From assembly GCA_041746255.1 (NCBI GenBank), contig JBGTHM010000123.1:1-62835 (forward strand): DNA of 62,835 nucleotides, read 5' to 3'. This stretch comes from Fibrobacteria bacterium. GTDB lineage: Bacteria > Fibrobacterota > Fibrobacteria > UBA11236. The notes beneath the pieces were generated by a model. The model did no database searches, was not told where the DNA came from, and saw only the letters and a list, made by a program, of their open reading frames with translations. Positions 28,293-38,361 of the stretch are shown in pieces (within the stretch, counting starts at the first letter, position 1; every line of letters starts with the position of its first letter). Position numbers and translations under genes: made by a program.

Positions 28293-30287
28293 ATGCAGCA
28301 TATGAGGAAGAAAATGAGCGAGACGACGAGACTATCGGTACTGACGGCCCTTGCTTTCGTTATGGCCGGTTTGCCTATGCATGCCCAGAGCAACGCAGAC
28401 TTGGACGACCGGGTGCGGAGCCTGGGAGATGCGTTGGAAAATCTGGAAGCGAAAGAAGGAATATCGCTGGGCGGGCAGTTCCGCTCCCAATATCTGCATT
28501 CTTCCATCGGAGGCGACGGCGCGGTGTCGGACAGGCGCACCGAAGAGACGGTGGAATACACCTCGGTGGATTTCGACATCCGGGCGCGCCCCAATACCGC
28601 CACACAGGGTCGCCTGGTCTTCCGTATGCACCAGGATTGGCGCAATTTCTTTTCCGATCTTTCCAATCCCATTTTCTCCCGTTGGATCAGCGTGGACGGA
28701 ACCGTTAAGGATATGTTCCGGTATAATGTCGGCGATTACAAACAGCGTTATTCTCCGCTCACCCTGTATACTCCCGAAATCAACATGCTCCACGAACCCT
28801 ATCTTTTCAGCCGCGCCAGAGAAGAAGCCATGCAGGAGGAATTCCTGGGCGATAATAACCGGCTTCTGCAAGGCGTCAACCTCAATTTCGACGCCGCCCT
28901 GGCCGGTCCCGAGGGTGGCACCCTGCTGGATGAGGTGCATTTCAATGTGATGGGAAGCCGCTTGCGCAATGTCGTCACCAATGTGGGCGGTGGTAATAAA
29001 GTGACATCCCTTATCGAAAGTTCACCGGCCGAAAAATTTCTCTTCGGTTCCAATGCCGAAGTCGTTTTCCTCAAAGGATTGTCCGTCGGCGGCACGTTCA
29101 TGCATATTTTCGATAAGAAAGGCACCTACGCCGGCACGGGCAGAGCCGATACGGCGGCACAAGGCACCTCCATCATCGGAGGCCGCGGGGGTATTGAAGC
29201 GGCCCCAATTTTGAATATCCAGAATTGGAACCTGGGGCTGTCCGGGGAATACGTGCTTTCCCGTGACGATTCCGCCTATTACGAGATGGTAGGCACCGTG
29301 GAACAATTGCGGGAAACCTCCATCGACGATGCAGCTTTGCGCGCCGGTATCAATGGAGGCTGGTCGCATAATGACGGCCTGGTAAGTGTCGGGGTCAGTG
29401 TGGATTACCTCAGCAACGGCAGAAATTTCCGGAACGAATTAGCCCAATCCCCGAGTTTTCTGGGCCAACGCATTATGAATCTGGATAACGACCCCACCTC
29501 CTCTCCGACGTTCGACGCCCGCAATCCCCATTACACCACCTTCGACGCGCTCTACCACCACGTATTCAAGTTTACCCCCAGCCAGGCCACCAACAATTGG
29601 CATCAGGCGCCCTTCCGGAAAAATTCATACACCAATTCCATTTTCACCCAAAGCGAATTGGCCCGGCATAACGCTTTACGCCTCGACTCTTCCGTGCAAT
29701 TGGTAATGCCCTATGGCCCCGCCACCGCCAACCGAGTGGGCATCGATGCCGATCTCGATCTTGGCTTCTGGTCGAATCGAGTAGGCGCAAAGGTCATATT
29801 CGCCTCTTTAGAGGAACAGGAAGGTATGCAAGTGGACACTGTGCGTGTTCTGCCCAAAACCCGCTTCGGCCGTATGGGGGGCGGACTTAAATTCGATGTA
29901 GCCCGCATGGCGACTTTCATATACCCGTTAGAGCTATCGGGCAGCTTTGTGCGTTCCGAAGGCGAAAACGACGGTTTTTCCGGAGACACGGTTTTCGTAG
30001 CGCGCAAATATACCAGCGACATGGTCAATGCCGGCTTTTACTATCAGTTCTGGAAGCGTGCGGCCGTACTCGGCGGTTACCAACGCATAGATGGCCGCCT
30101 GAACGCCTCTGCCGTTGAGAGTACTCGTCTGCAGGAAAATCAGGTTGCCGGATTCGAATACAAGGTGGCCGATGGGGCCTACGCGCTTTTCACTCTGGGT
30201 CGCATTTCCGCAACCCACGATGAGGCCCGTAAGGATCTCGACTTCTCCCAACTTCTCACCAACCTAACCTTGCGGGTACGCTTCTAG
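28293..30287 (+). CDS. Putative outer-membrane beta-barrel protein (paralog of upstream gene)
   Basis: Signal peptide (..PMHA|Q; start possibly 28314), short coiled coil, beta strands, C-terminal LTLRVRF. Confidence 0.7.
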   Translation: MQHMRKKMSETTRLSVLTALAFVMAGLPMHAQSNADLDDRVRSLGDALENLEAKEGISLGGQFRSQYLHSSIGGDGAVSDRRTEETVEYTSVDFDIRARPNTATQGRLVFRMHQDWRNFFSDLSNPIFSRWISVDGTVKDMFRYNVGDYKQRYSPLTLYTPEINMLHEPYLFSRAREEAMQEEFLGDNNRLLQGVNLNFDAALAGPEGGTLLDEVHFNVMGSRLRNVVTNVGGGNKVTSLIESSPAEKFLFGSNAEVVFLKGLSVGGTFMHIFDKKGTYAGTGRADTAAQGTSIIGGRGGIEAAPILNIQNWNLGLSGEYVLSRDDSAYYEMVGTVEQLRETSIDDAALRAGINGGWSHNDGLVSVGVSVDYLSNGRNFRNELAQSPSFLGQRIMNLDNDPTSSPTFDARNPHYTTFDALYHHVFKFTPSQATNNWHQAPFRKNSYTNSIFTQSELARHNALRLDSSVQLVMPYGPATANRVGIDADLDLGFWSNRVGAKVIFASLEEQEGMQVDTVRVLPKTRFGRMGGGLKFDVARMATFIYPLELSGSFVRSEGENDGFSGDTVFVARKYTSDMVNAGFYYQFWKRAAVLGGYQRIDGRLNASAVESTRLQENQVAGFEYKVADGAYALFTLGRISATHDEARKDLDFSQLLTNLTLRVRF

Positions 30288-30315
30288 CTTCTCCCGATAA
30301 CTTTCTCCGCCCAAG

Positions 30316-33300
30316 ATGGAAAAGAGCATTATGAAAGTATCCTGCCACCGCCACCGCAGTCAGAGGATTTTCCAAAATTCCCTTTTGGCGATTATTACCC
30401 TGATAGGCATTTTGCTGGTTTCGGCTTGCTCCCTCAAATTCCAGCCTCTCCCGAAATCAACTACCGCCGGATCCGAGGCGAGTGCCGGCGAGAAAGACCC
30501 CCGCCTGGTCTACCGGTTTTTCGATGAAGATTTTGTCTCTGGAGGTTATGGCTATACCTATCCAGATGCGTCCAAGATCTATATCCCGGAGGAGTCGGGC
30601 CATAATAGCGAGGTCGCGCTGCAATTCGATCTGGACGCCAACGATTTCTCCGGCGGATCCGTCAGCCTGTATAATCTGGTTTACGACATGACTCCTATCC
30701 ATAGCGGGGGCGCTTTGCAATTCTGGGTGAAAGGCATGCGCGGCGGCGAAATAGCCTGGGCCGCCCTGGTGGATGACGAAACCCGCGATGGAAAAAAGAC
30801 GGTAGTGCGCCTACCCATCAATGATTTCGGCGGAATCAAAAAGGAATGGACTTTGGTGAGCATTCCACTTTCCGCTTTTGGAAAACGAGGGGTGTATTGG
30901 GATCCGAAAAAGCGTGTAGAAGTCCCCCATCCCTTCGATTGGAATATGGTATCGGAATTCCGGCTGGAAATAAAAAAGGGAGAAAATCCCGATTTCCGCG
31001 TGTGGGTTGATGATATCTTCGTACTTCGCGATGTCTTCGATTCGGCTCCCCAAAAAGATATCGAGTATTGGGACGATAGGGAAGAGACCGTACCCGGGCC
31101 GGTGACGGAAAAACCGGTCGTCAAAACCCTCAAGACTATTTTTTCGGATGCGCTTCCAGCCGGCGCCTTTACTTATCTCTACGGCGGAAAAACTGCCGCC
31201 AAAATCCAACCCAGCACCGGCTCCGAAAATGCCGGGGTGTTGGCCCTCTACCTGGACAATGAAGATTATTCCGGTGTTACTCTGGCTCTGGGCCCCAGCG
31301 GTAACCTAGACCTTTCCTCCCTGCGAAAAACCAATGCGGGACTGGCTTTTTGGCTTAAGGCCGCGCCGGGAACCAATAAAATCGATGTCGGCCTTTTGGA
31401 CGACGAATCCGACGGTAAGAAAGTACAGTCTAGGGCGTTATTAGGAGACTTTGGGCAGGTCGATACCTCGTGGAATTATTTCATGATTCCTCTTAAGGCT
31501 TTTCCCGATAAGGGGAGGTATTGGGATGCCGAGAAGCAGGCCGAAATTATTTCGGATATGGCCTGGAAAGCCATCAATGAAGTCCGCTTCTCCACCGCCA
31601 AATTTGACAATAAAGCCCAGCCCGCGACAATCTATGTCAAAGACATTACCCTTATCGAAGATATTCCCGGCTATGTGGATAAAGCCGAATATTGGGCCGC
31701 ATTCAAATCCGATCAACCAGACGTTCTCCTTCACGATATCGAATCGGCGAAGGACCAGATATGGCTAACGGGCCATGGCCCTAAGTCCGAAGTCACCGCC
31801 AAGGTTGTGCCGTCTAACGATCCAAAATACGGGAAACAATCACTATCCATAACCTACCGCCTTGGCGATTGGTGCGACGTCATGTTCAATTACAAACAAC
31901 AGAACTCTCCGGTTACACAGCGGGACTGGAATAAACATTGGGGCTTGCGGTTCTCTATTTACACGGAAAAGTTTTATCAAGGCATCACCGTGCAGATTAG
32001 CGATTCCGGCGATGAGCTGTTCGTATCCAATACGGGAGGCACCAAGGGCTGGACCGAAGTTTTGGTACCCTTTGAAAGCTTCAACAAGTTTCCTTACTAT
32101 CAACCTCCGGAGGCGGTTCAAAACGGCCGTTTCGATCTCGACAATGTGGTCCAAATCGATTTCAAGCCCAGTGGGGAAGGAACAAACGGGACTTTTCTAA
32201 TCGACAACGTATACTTGACCAACAAGCGCGAAATTGAGCGGGCTCCTGTTCCACCGAAAAAAGAAATCATCTTTACCGCCAAGCCGAATCAGACTATCTC
32301 CGAAAAAATCAACGAAGGTATTTTCGGTATCAATGCCGCGCTATGGGACGGCGACTTACTCAAACCCGAGACGGAAGCCTATGTAAAGGCGGTCAATCAC
32401 AAGGTCCTGCGCTATCCCGGTGGATTGCGGGCGGACGATGATAATTGGCAAGAAGTATTGGCTAAAAAAGATTTTATGGTCGATACCGACGAGTTCCTGG
32501 AATTCGCGAAGAAGACGGGAAATACCGCCATGATAACCGTGAATTTCGGCAAGGGCACTCCGCAGCAGGCCGCCGAATGGGTCGAGCATGTGAATGTGAA
32601 ACGGAAAGCGGGCGTCCGCTATTGGGAAGTCGGCAACGAGCTTTACGGCGATTGGCATCCCAATGTCACGACGGGCGACGATTACGGCAAACGCACCGCT
32701 GAATTCATCAAAGCCATGAAAGCGGTGGATCCCGACATTCTGGTCGGAGTGGTCTGGGTGCTCGACGGCAAATGGAATGAGGAGGTCTTCGCCCATACCA
32801 AGGATTTGGCCGACGCGGTAATCGTTCACCACTATCCTCAGCATACGGGTCAGGAGAACGATGCCGCCCTTTTGGCGGCTCCTCAAACCCTGGATTACAT
32901 TCTTCCGAGCGTGCGCAGGCAAATCAAGGAGTTTGGCGCCAAAGACCGCCACTACGAAATCTGGCTTACGGAATGGAACTCCGTTGATTTCGAGCCCGGT
33001 CCCCAAACCCTTTCACAGGTAAACGCTCTCTTCGTGGCGGATTATCTCGGAATGCTGACGCGCCATAATATCGAACAGGCTTCCTATTGGGATATTCATA
33101 ACGACATTACGGACCAAGGCGGCGACTATGGTTATCTCTCCCGTACCGGCGCCCCGGATGGCGACAACGTTCCCCGGCCTTCGTATTTCGCCTTCAAATT
33201 GGCCAGCGAAAGTCTGCGCGGAAGGCTGGTCGATTGCGCTTCGGATGATGAAAACGTAACCTGCTACCTCTCCGAAAAAGACGGAAAGCATGCGATGCTG

Positions 33301-33492
33301 GTAGTCAATAAGTTTCCGGCTACTGACGCGGTGGTAACTTTGAAAATTCCCGGCGTGGCGGGAAAGGCGACGATGAAACAGCTACGCGAAGATAATGCCA
33401 AAACCGGATATGCGGTCTCAACCATAACCGTCAAGGACGGAATGAAGCTCACTTTTCCCCGTTATTCCATAACCTCCATAGTTTTGGAATAG
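30316..33492 (+). CDS. Multi-CBM GH51-like endoglucanase lipoprotein (CelF/Cel51A-like)
   Basis: Lipobox LVSAC; three repeated CBM11/CBM30-like beta-sandwiches (W..V.IP...F motif); catalytic LRYPGG, YWEVGNE, IWLTEWN. Confidence 0.8.
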   Translation: MEKSIMKVSCHRHRSQRIFQNSLLAIITLIGILLVSACSLKFQPLPKSTTAGSEASAGEKDPRLVYRFFDEDFVSGGYGYTYPDASKIYIPEESGHNSEVALQFDLDANDFSGGSVSLYNLVYDMTPIHSGGALQFWVKGMRGGEIAWAALVDDETRDGKKTVVRLPINDFGGIKKEWTLVSIPLSAFGKRGVYWDPKKRVEVPHPFDWNMVSEFRLEIKKGENPDFRVWVDDIFVLRDVFDSAPQKDIEYWDDREETVPGPVTEKPVVKTLKTIFSDALPAGAFTYLYGGKTAAKIQPSTGSENAGVLALYLDNEDYSGVTLALGPSGNLDLSSLRKTNAGLAFWLKAAPGTNKIDVGLLDDESDGKKVQSRALLGDFGQVDTSWNYFMIPLKAFPDKGRYWDAEKQAEIISDMAWKAINEVRFSTAKFDNKAQPATIYVKDITLIEDIPGYVDKAEYWAAFKSDQPDVLLHDIESAKDQIWLTGHGPKSEVTAKVVPSNDPKYGKQSLSITYRLGDWCDVMFNYKQQNSPVTQRDWNKHWGLRFSIYTEKFYQGITVQISDSGDELFVSNTGGTKGWTEVLVPFESFNKFPYYQPPEAVQNGRFDLDNVVQIDFKPSGEGTNGTFLIDNVYLTNKREIERAPVPPKKEIIFTAKPNQTISEKINEGIFGINAALWDGDLLKPETEAYVKAVNHKVLRYPGGLRADDDNWQEVLAKKDFMVDTDEFLEFAKKTGNTAMITVNFGKGTPQQAAEWVEHVNVKRKAGVRYWEVGNELYGDWHPNVTTGDDYGKRTAEFIKAMKAVDPDILVGVVWVLDGKWNEEVFAHTKDLADAVIVHHYPQHTGQENDAALLAAPQTLDYILPSVRRQIKEFGAKDRHYEIWLTEWNSVDFEPGPQTLSQVNALFVADYLGMLTRHNIEQASYWDIHNDITDQGGDYGYLSRTGAPDGDNVPRPSYFAFKLASESLRGRLVDCASDDENVTCYLSEKDGKHAMLVVNKFPATDAVVTLKIPGVAGKATMKQLREDNAKTGYAVSTITVKDGMKLTFPRYSITSIVLE

Positions 33493-33560
33493 TTCTACAA
33501 TGGTTTGGTGCCTGGGATCCTCGGGCGACCCTCCCTGATTCGGCGCCGGTGCGATGGTTG

Positions 33561-33863
33561 CTATTCCTTCGCGTCGGCCTTTGGGAAATCCGGCTCGTCG
33601 CCTCCGGTTAATCCCGCTTGTTGCAAAAACTCAAGGGTTTTTTCCAGCAATTCGGGGGGCGGCTCATTCAGACTGCGGAATTCACTCGCGTCGGCGGCGG
33701 CTTTGTAGAGTAATAAATATTCGCGGCAGCGCTTACACAGCGAGATATGGGCCTCGAAACGCATGACCAGCCATTGCGATGGCAAGTTGCCTTCCGCATA
33801 ATCGTAAATAAAATCGGCGATGCGCTCACAGCGCATGAAAGCCATACCCAGCAAACCTTTCAT
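33561..33863 (-). CDS. Zinc-finger (zf-HC2) anti-sigma factor
   Basis: MRCERIADFIYDY...FEAHISLCKRC (HxxxCxxC); overlaps the sigma gene stop. Confidence 0.85.
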   Translation of the reverse strand: MKGLLGMAFMRCERIADFIYDYAEGNLPSQWLVMRFEAHISLCKRCREYLLLYKAAADASEFRSLNEPPPELLEKTLEFLQQAGLTGGDEPDFPKADAKE

Positions 33864-34588
33864 GCCGCGCTTTTCCCCTTGCCGTTTTCCGTTCGACCGT
33901 GCATCAAGTCACGCACCTTATCCACAATGGCTTGGCGGGATCGGTGCAGTCGGACTCGCACCGCTACGGGGGAGATTCCCAGAATTTCCGCCACGTCCTC
34001 CCCGGATAACCCTTCGATATCGCGCAAAAAATAGATTTCAAAGGCCGACGGGGGTAACAACGCCACCGAACGCGCAATCAAGGTGCGAAGTGCGGATTGA
34101 AAAACCACTTTGTCCGGCGGTAACTCCCAGGGGGTCGATTTGTCCCAATCGGCCAGGTCGAGCGAACCGGGGGTTTCCGGCGCCGGATGCGATTCGTCGA
34201 GCTCAAGCATACGGCGATGCTTATCTCCCAAGCGATCGCAGACTTTATTGTGAGCCAACCCGTAAATCCAGGTGGTCAGCTTCGATTTTCCCTCGAAGCG
34301 GGGTAGGCTTTTATGTACGCCTAGGTAGACCTCTTGCAAAACTTCCTGACCTTCGTCATGGGAGGAAATGAATTTGCGGATATAGTTCATAAGCGGACCA
34401 TGCGTAACTTCGACCAAACGCTTGAAGGCTTGCTGGCGGACAGAGCCCGTTTCACGCAGGCTTTCCAAAAAGGAGGCCTGATTCACTTCATCGAAGGGCT
34501 GAGGGGGGTCGGTTTCTCGGTTACCCGACAAGTCCACCCCCTCGACGGATTCCACCGACCCGCCGGGGTCCCTATCAAGTTGCTGCAT
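33860..34588 (-). CDS. ECF RNA polymerase sigma factor
   Basis: QEVLQEVYL, FEGKSKLTTWIYGLAHN (region 2), LRDIEGLSGEDVAEILGIS..VRVRLHRSR (region 4). Confidence 0.92.
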   Translation of the reverse strand: MQQLDRDPGGSVESVEGVDLSGNRETDPPQPFDEVNQASFLESLRETGSVRQQAFKRLVEVTHGPLMNYIRKFISSHDEGQEVLQEVYLGVHKSLPRFEGKSKLTTWIYGLAHNKVCDRLGDKHRRMLELDESHPAPETPGSLDLADWDKSTPWELPPDKVVFQSALRTLIARSVALLPPSAFEIYFLRDIEGLSGEDVAEILGISPVAVRVRLHRSRQAIVDKVRDLMHGRTENGKGKSAA

Positions 34589-34810
34589 GTAAGTCTTTCA
34601 TCCTCTGAACAAGTTACTCTCTATTTCGCCGGAGGCCAAAACCGCAAAACCGCTAAAATCGAGTTAAAAGCAGGGTGGATTTGAATTTAGCCATAACTTG
34701 TTAAATTTCCGGGTATTGGAAAAAGCTCGCCCCCACCGGTTATCGACGGGTGGAGCCGAAGCCTTATTTTCTAAAGGCCGTTACCAGGCCGGGAAAGGAA
34801 AATTACTGCG

Positions 34811-35179
34811 ATGAAATTAATGGTTTTCTCGGAAAACAACAGCCTACGGAAACAGGTGGAAGATTTGCTGACTTCCACGCCCCACAATTTTGAAACCTTC
34901 AATTTGCAGTCCATTTTGTCGCGCGAAAAAGCCGCCGGATTCGATGGACTCCTTATCGACCATGAAAGCTGGCAGCGATGCACGGTGCTTTTCCGTTACT
35001 TCGGCGTATTGGATGTACTTAACGGTAAACCACTGTTGGTGATGAGCAAATCGAAGAAACTTCCGGGAATGAAAATGCGGAGCGGTAAGGCTCCCACCTT
35101 GCATGCCACTTTTCCTTCCAATACGGACGATTTCTACACTGCTCTGCAGCAAATGTCCAATTCGCTCGTAACGGCGTGA
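34811..35179 (+). CDS. Hypothetical protein (possibly a degenerate receiver-like fold)
   Basis: 122-aa ORF with AAGGA RBS; alternating beta/alpha pattern MKLMVFSEN...DGLLID...PLLVMS; overlaps the next gene. Confidence 0.6.
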   Translation: MKLMVFSENNSLRKQVEDLLTSTPHNFETFNLQSILSREKAAGFDGLLIDHESWQRCTVLFRYFGVLDVLNGKPLLVMSKSKKLPGMKMRSGKAPTLHATFPSNTDDFYTALQQMSNSLVTA

Positions 35180-35943
35180 ATTCAGACCGGCCGCGCGATG
35201 CGCGACCCGATAAAAAAAAGGAGTGGTTCAGAACCTGGTTCGGACCCTCCTACAAGTCCATCTATTCCCATCGAGACCGCTCCCAGGCACGGACCCAGGT
35301 TAAGTCCGTGCTTCACGCGACGGCCCTTCCGCTTCACGCCCGAGTTCTCGATATTGGGTGCGGAGCAGGGCGGCATTTGCAGGCCTTTCGTGACGAGGGT
35401 TTTGCGGATTCCCTTGGCTTCGATTTGAGCCATACCCTTCTCCTGGACGCCTTGGCAGCCGGCCTTAAGGTGGCCAGAGCGGATATGCGCAATTCCCCTT
35501 TCCGCGATGGTACTTTCGACTTGGTTACTTGCTTTTTCACCTCCTTCGGATATTTCGAAACCCAGGAGGAAGATCGCAACGCCTTATGCGGATTCGCCAG
35601 GCTGCTGCGTCCTCATGGCCGGCTTTTCCTGGACCTTATCAACCGTGATTTTCTGACCCGGGAATTCGTACCTTACGACGAGAAAGTAAAGGGCGACATG
35701 ACGGTGACGCAGAAAAGACGTCTGGACGGATCGGTGATCATCAAGGACATCGAGATATTCCGGCAGGGCGAATTACTGGAAGTCCATCAAGAAAGGGTGC
35801 GGCTTTATTCCTTGCAGGAATTCGAATTGATGGCCGAGAAGTGCCGGCTGAAATTGGAATGCCTATTCGGTTCCGAACGGGGAGAGGCCTACCACCCGGA
35901 AGAATCGCAGCGTATGGCCATGCTCTTTAAACCGGTACTATGA
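35176..35943 (+). CDS. Class I SAM-dependent methyltransferase (candidate N-methyl-bacillithiol synthase)
   Basis: VLDIGCGAGRH, ADMR, CFFTSFGYF, LRPHGRLFLD; directly upstream of bshC. Confidence 0.85.
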   Translation: MNSDRPRDARPDKKKEWFRTWFGPSYKSIYSHRDRSQARTQVKSVLHATALPLHARVLDIGCGAGRHLQAFRDEGFADSLGFDLSHTLLLDALAAGLKVARADMRNSPFRDGTFDLVTCFFTSFGYFETQEEDRNALCGFARLLRPHGRLFLDLINRDFLTREFVPYDEKVKGDMTVTQKRRLDGSVIIKDIEIFRQGELLEVHQERVRLYSLQEFELMAEKCRLKLECLFGSERGEAYHPEESQRMAMLFKPVL

Positions 35944-35956
35944 GGCGGCTTTTCCC

Positions 35957-37573
35957 ATGAATATCCAACGTCACGCCGCCGTTTCCCCGGAAACGGGAGG
36001 AGAGTCGTGGGGCGCCTCTGCCCTGGCCGGGCTTTTCGGGGGCCGCACGTTATTTTCCCCGGAAGCGCTCGAACAACGTACCCGGTGGATTCTTTCCCAA
36101 AACTACGCATGGCCCTTGTTGGAAAAGCTTTTCCAGGAGGAAATCCCCCTCTCCGATTGGAGTGCTCCGCAAAAAGCCAACCTGGAAGCCGTACGGGAAG
36201 GGCGCTGTGTTTTTTTGATGACGGGCCAACAGCCCGGTTTGCTCGGTGGCCCCCTACTGTGGCTTTACAAAGCCCTCACTTGCGCGCGACAAGCGGCAAC
36301 GCTCACCGCGCGCCTCGGTCTGCCGGTGGTTCCGATTTTCTGGGTAGCCGGGGATGACTCCGACTTGGCCGAGTGCAATCATGTCGAATTGTTGGAAATG
36401 GCTCCCTGGTCCCATCCCAAAGTACTGGCGCTCGACTTTCCCGATCCGGAAAGGCTGCTACCGGTATCCGAACGCCGCATCAGCTCCTCGCAGCTCGAAT
36501 CCCTGCTCCGCAAGGCCGAAAAAGTCTGGTCCCCGGAAGTATTGACCTCCATCCAAGCGTGTTACCGGCCCGGTCTTGACCTGGCGCAAGCCTTCACCCG
36601 TCTGGCGCAGCGCTACTTGGCGAAGGAAGGGGTGCTGTTCGTAAATGGTTACTCCGCGCTCTTCCGGCAAATGGCGCGACCCCGGCTGCAAGAAGTGGTA
36701 TTCGGCTGGCGGCGCATCGAAGCAGGTCTTGCAGCCGGCACCCGCAGTATGGTCACCGCCGGTCTCAAGCCGCAACTCCATTTGCCGGACGGACTCGTGC
36801 ATGCCTTCGATCTGTCTTCCGGGGTTCGCCGCCGTCTGCAAGTCCACTCGGGGGCCAAAAACTCCGATGTTTTTTTTCTGGCCGGAAATCCCGACCGGCC
36901 CTTATCCAGCGAGGAAATGGGACGACTTGATTTGAGCCACGATGTGGTTTCCCGAGCCATGGTAGCGGACTCCGTGTTTCCCATTGTGGGCCATGTATTG
37001 GGTCCCAGCGAACTCAAGTACTTCGCCCAAATGCGACCGGCTTTCGAAACCTTAACGGGTGACTTTCCTCTGGTGGCTCCGCGGATGTCGGCCACTCTCA
37101 TTCCTTCCGATACCATGGCATCCTTGGGGGCCAAGGGTTTTTCTCCGGAGGAATTGCCCCGACTGAAACCTTCCCTCTTACAGGCACACCTCAAAGAAAA
37201 ACTTTGGGTGGAATCTTCGCATGGAAAAACCTTTCAGGAAGACGACTGGCGGGAAGTCCTTCGTCCTTGGGAGCGAGCGCATTTCACCCGTTTTTCCCAA
37301 GCGGGTCCGATGGAATACCTGTCCCGCAATATCGAGAAGGCTTGGAAGGGTTATGTCGACTCCCTTAAAAACACCGTCTATCGCGAAGAACGGCAAAAAT
37401 TCCGGGACCTTTTCGCGCAATTGCGCTGGTTGGGGAATGGATTGGGACAGGATCGCTATATGAATATTCACTCCCTTCTCAATGCCTTGGGGGAAGACGG
37501 CCTTGAACGTTATCTGGCTGAGTTGGACCCGATGAGTTTATCGGAGCAAATTTTCAGTTTCAAAGACGGATAA
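35957..37573 (+). CDS. bshC: Bacillithiol biosynthesis cysteine-adding enzyme BshC
   Basis: TGQQPGLLGGPL..YK, VPIFWVAGDDSD..E, GPSELKYFAQ, PRMSAT, QDR. Confidence 0.88.
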   Translation: MNIQRHAAVSPETGGESWGASALAGLFGGRTLFSPEALEQRTRWILSQNYAWPLLEKLFQEEIPLSDWSAPQKANLEAVREGRCVFLMTGQQPGLLGGPLLWLYKALTCARQAATLTARLGLPVVPIFWVAGDDSDLAECNHVELLEMAPWSHPKVLALDFPDPERLLPVSERRISSSQLESLLRKAEKVWSPEVLTSIQACYRPGLDLAQAFTRLAQRYLAKEGVLFVNGYSALFRQMARPRLQEVVFGWRRIEAGLAAGTRSMVTAGLKPQLHLPDGLVHAFDLSSGVRRRLQVHSGAKNSDVFFLAGNPDRPLSSEEMGRLDLSHDVVSRAMVADSVFPIVGHVLGPSELKYFAQMRPAFETLTGDFPLVAPRMSATLIPSDTMASLGAKGFSPEELPRLKPSLLQAHLKEKLWVESSHGKTFQEDDWREVLRPWERAHFTRFSQAGPMEYLSRNIEKAWKGYVDSLKNTVYREERQKFRDLFAQLRWLGNGLGQDRYMNIHSLLNALGEDGLERYLAELDPMSLSEQIFSFKDG

Positions 37574-37629
37574 CCGCTGCAACGCAGAAGTACTTGCTTC
37601 CCCGTAGCGGTCCGACACAGGAGACACGA

Positions 37630-38361
37630 ATGCCTCGTATGCAAACAATGGATTTCATGGCGGTTGGCGCCCACCCCGACGATGTGGAATTGGGCGCGGG
37701 CGGCACCCTGCTCAAACTCAAAAGGTTAGGGCGCAAAGGCGTGCTTATCGATATGACCGACGGCGGATCGGGTACGCGCGGCAGCTCCGATGTACGTGCG
37801 CGCGAGGCTTCGGCGGCGGCTAAACTGCTGGGAGCGGAACGGGTTTGCCTGAACCTTCCCGATGCGCGTATCGAGGACGATTGGGAAACCCGGCGTGCGC
37901 TAATCGAGGTAATCCGGAAATTCCGACCGAAGATTATCATTACCCACTTCGAACGCGAAGAGCATCCCGATCATATCCGTACCGCCCACCTCGTCAAAGA
38001 ATGCCTCTATTTGGCGGGGCTTTCCAAATTGGAGGTACCGGGAAAACCCCATCGGCCGGAGCGCTTATTTCAATTCATGGGTCTGGTGCATTTCGAACCC
38101 GCTTTTTGCGTAGACATTTCGGATTTTTGGAAGGAGAAAATGAAGCTGATCGATTGTTACCAATCGCAGTTTTTCGGCAAAGCCGCGGCGAAGTTCGCGG
38201 GGAAAACCGACCTCTCTCAGCCCGGTTTTTTGGAGCACCTGACTGTGCGCCATAGGTATTGGGGCGGACGCATCAAGCGCTCTTTCGCGGAACCGTTTTA
38301 CTGCGCGGAAATGCCCGAGATAAATGATATCACTGCCTTGGGAGGGGCGAGATTCGCATGA
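37630..38361 (+). CDS. bshB1: N-acetylglucosaminyl-malate deacetylase BshB1
   Basis: GAHPDDVELG, GTRG..R.RE, HPDH, CYQSQF, AEPF; AGGAG RBS before ATG 37630. Confidence 0.9.
   Translation: MPRMQTMDFMAVGAHPDDVELGAGGTLLKLKRLGRKGVLIDMTDGGSGTRGSSDVRAREASAAAKLLGAERVCLNLPDARIEDDWETRRALIEVIRKFRPKIIITHFEREEHPDHIRTAHLVKECLYLAGLSKLEVPGKPHRPERLFQFMGLVHFEPAFCVDISDFWKEKMKLIDCYQSQFFGKAAAKFAGKTDLSQPGFLEHLTVRHRYWGGRIKRSFAEPFYCAEMPEINDITALGGARFA

Noticed and set aside
34683..34709. Imperfect AT-rich inverted repeat as an operator or dif-like site
   Set aside because: Short, mismatched, single copy, wrong spacing for dif
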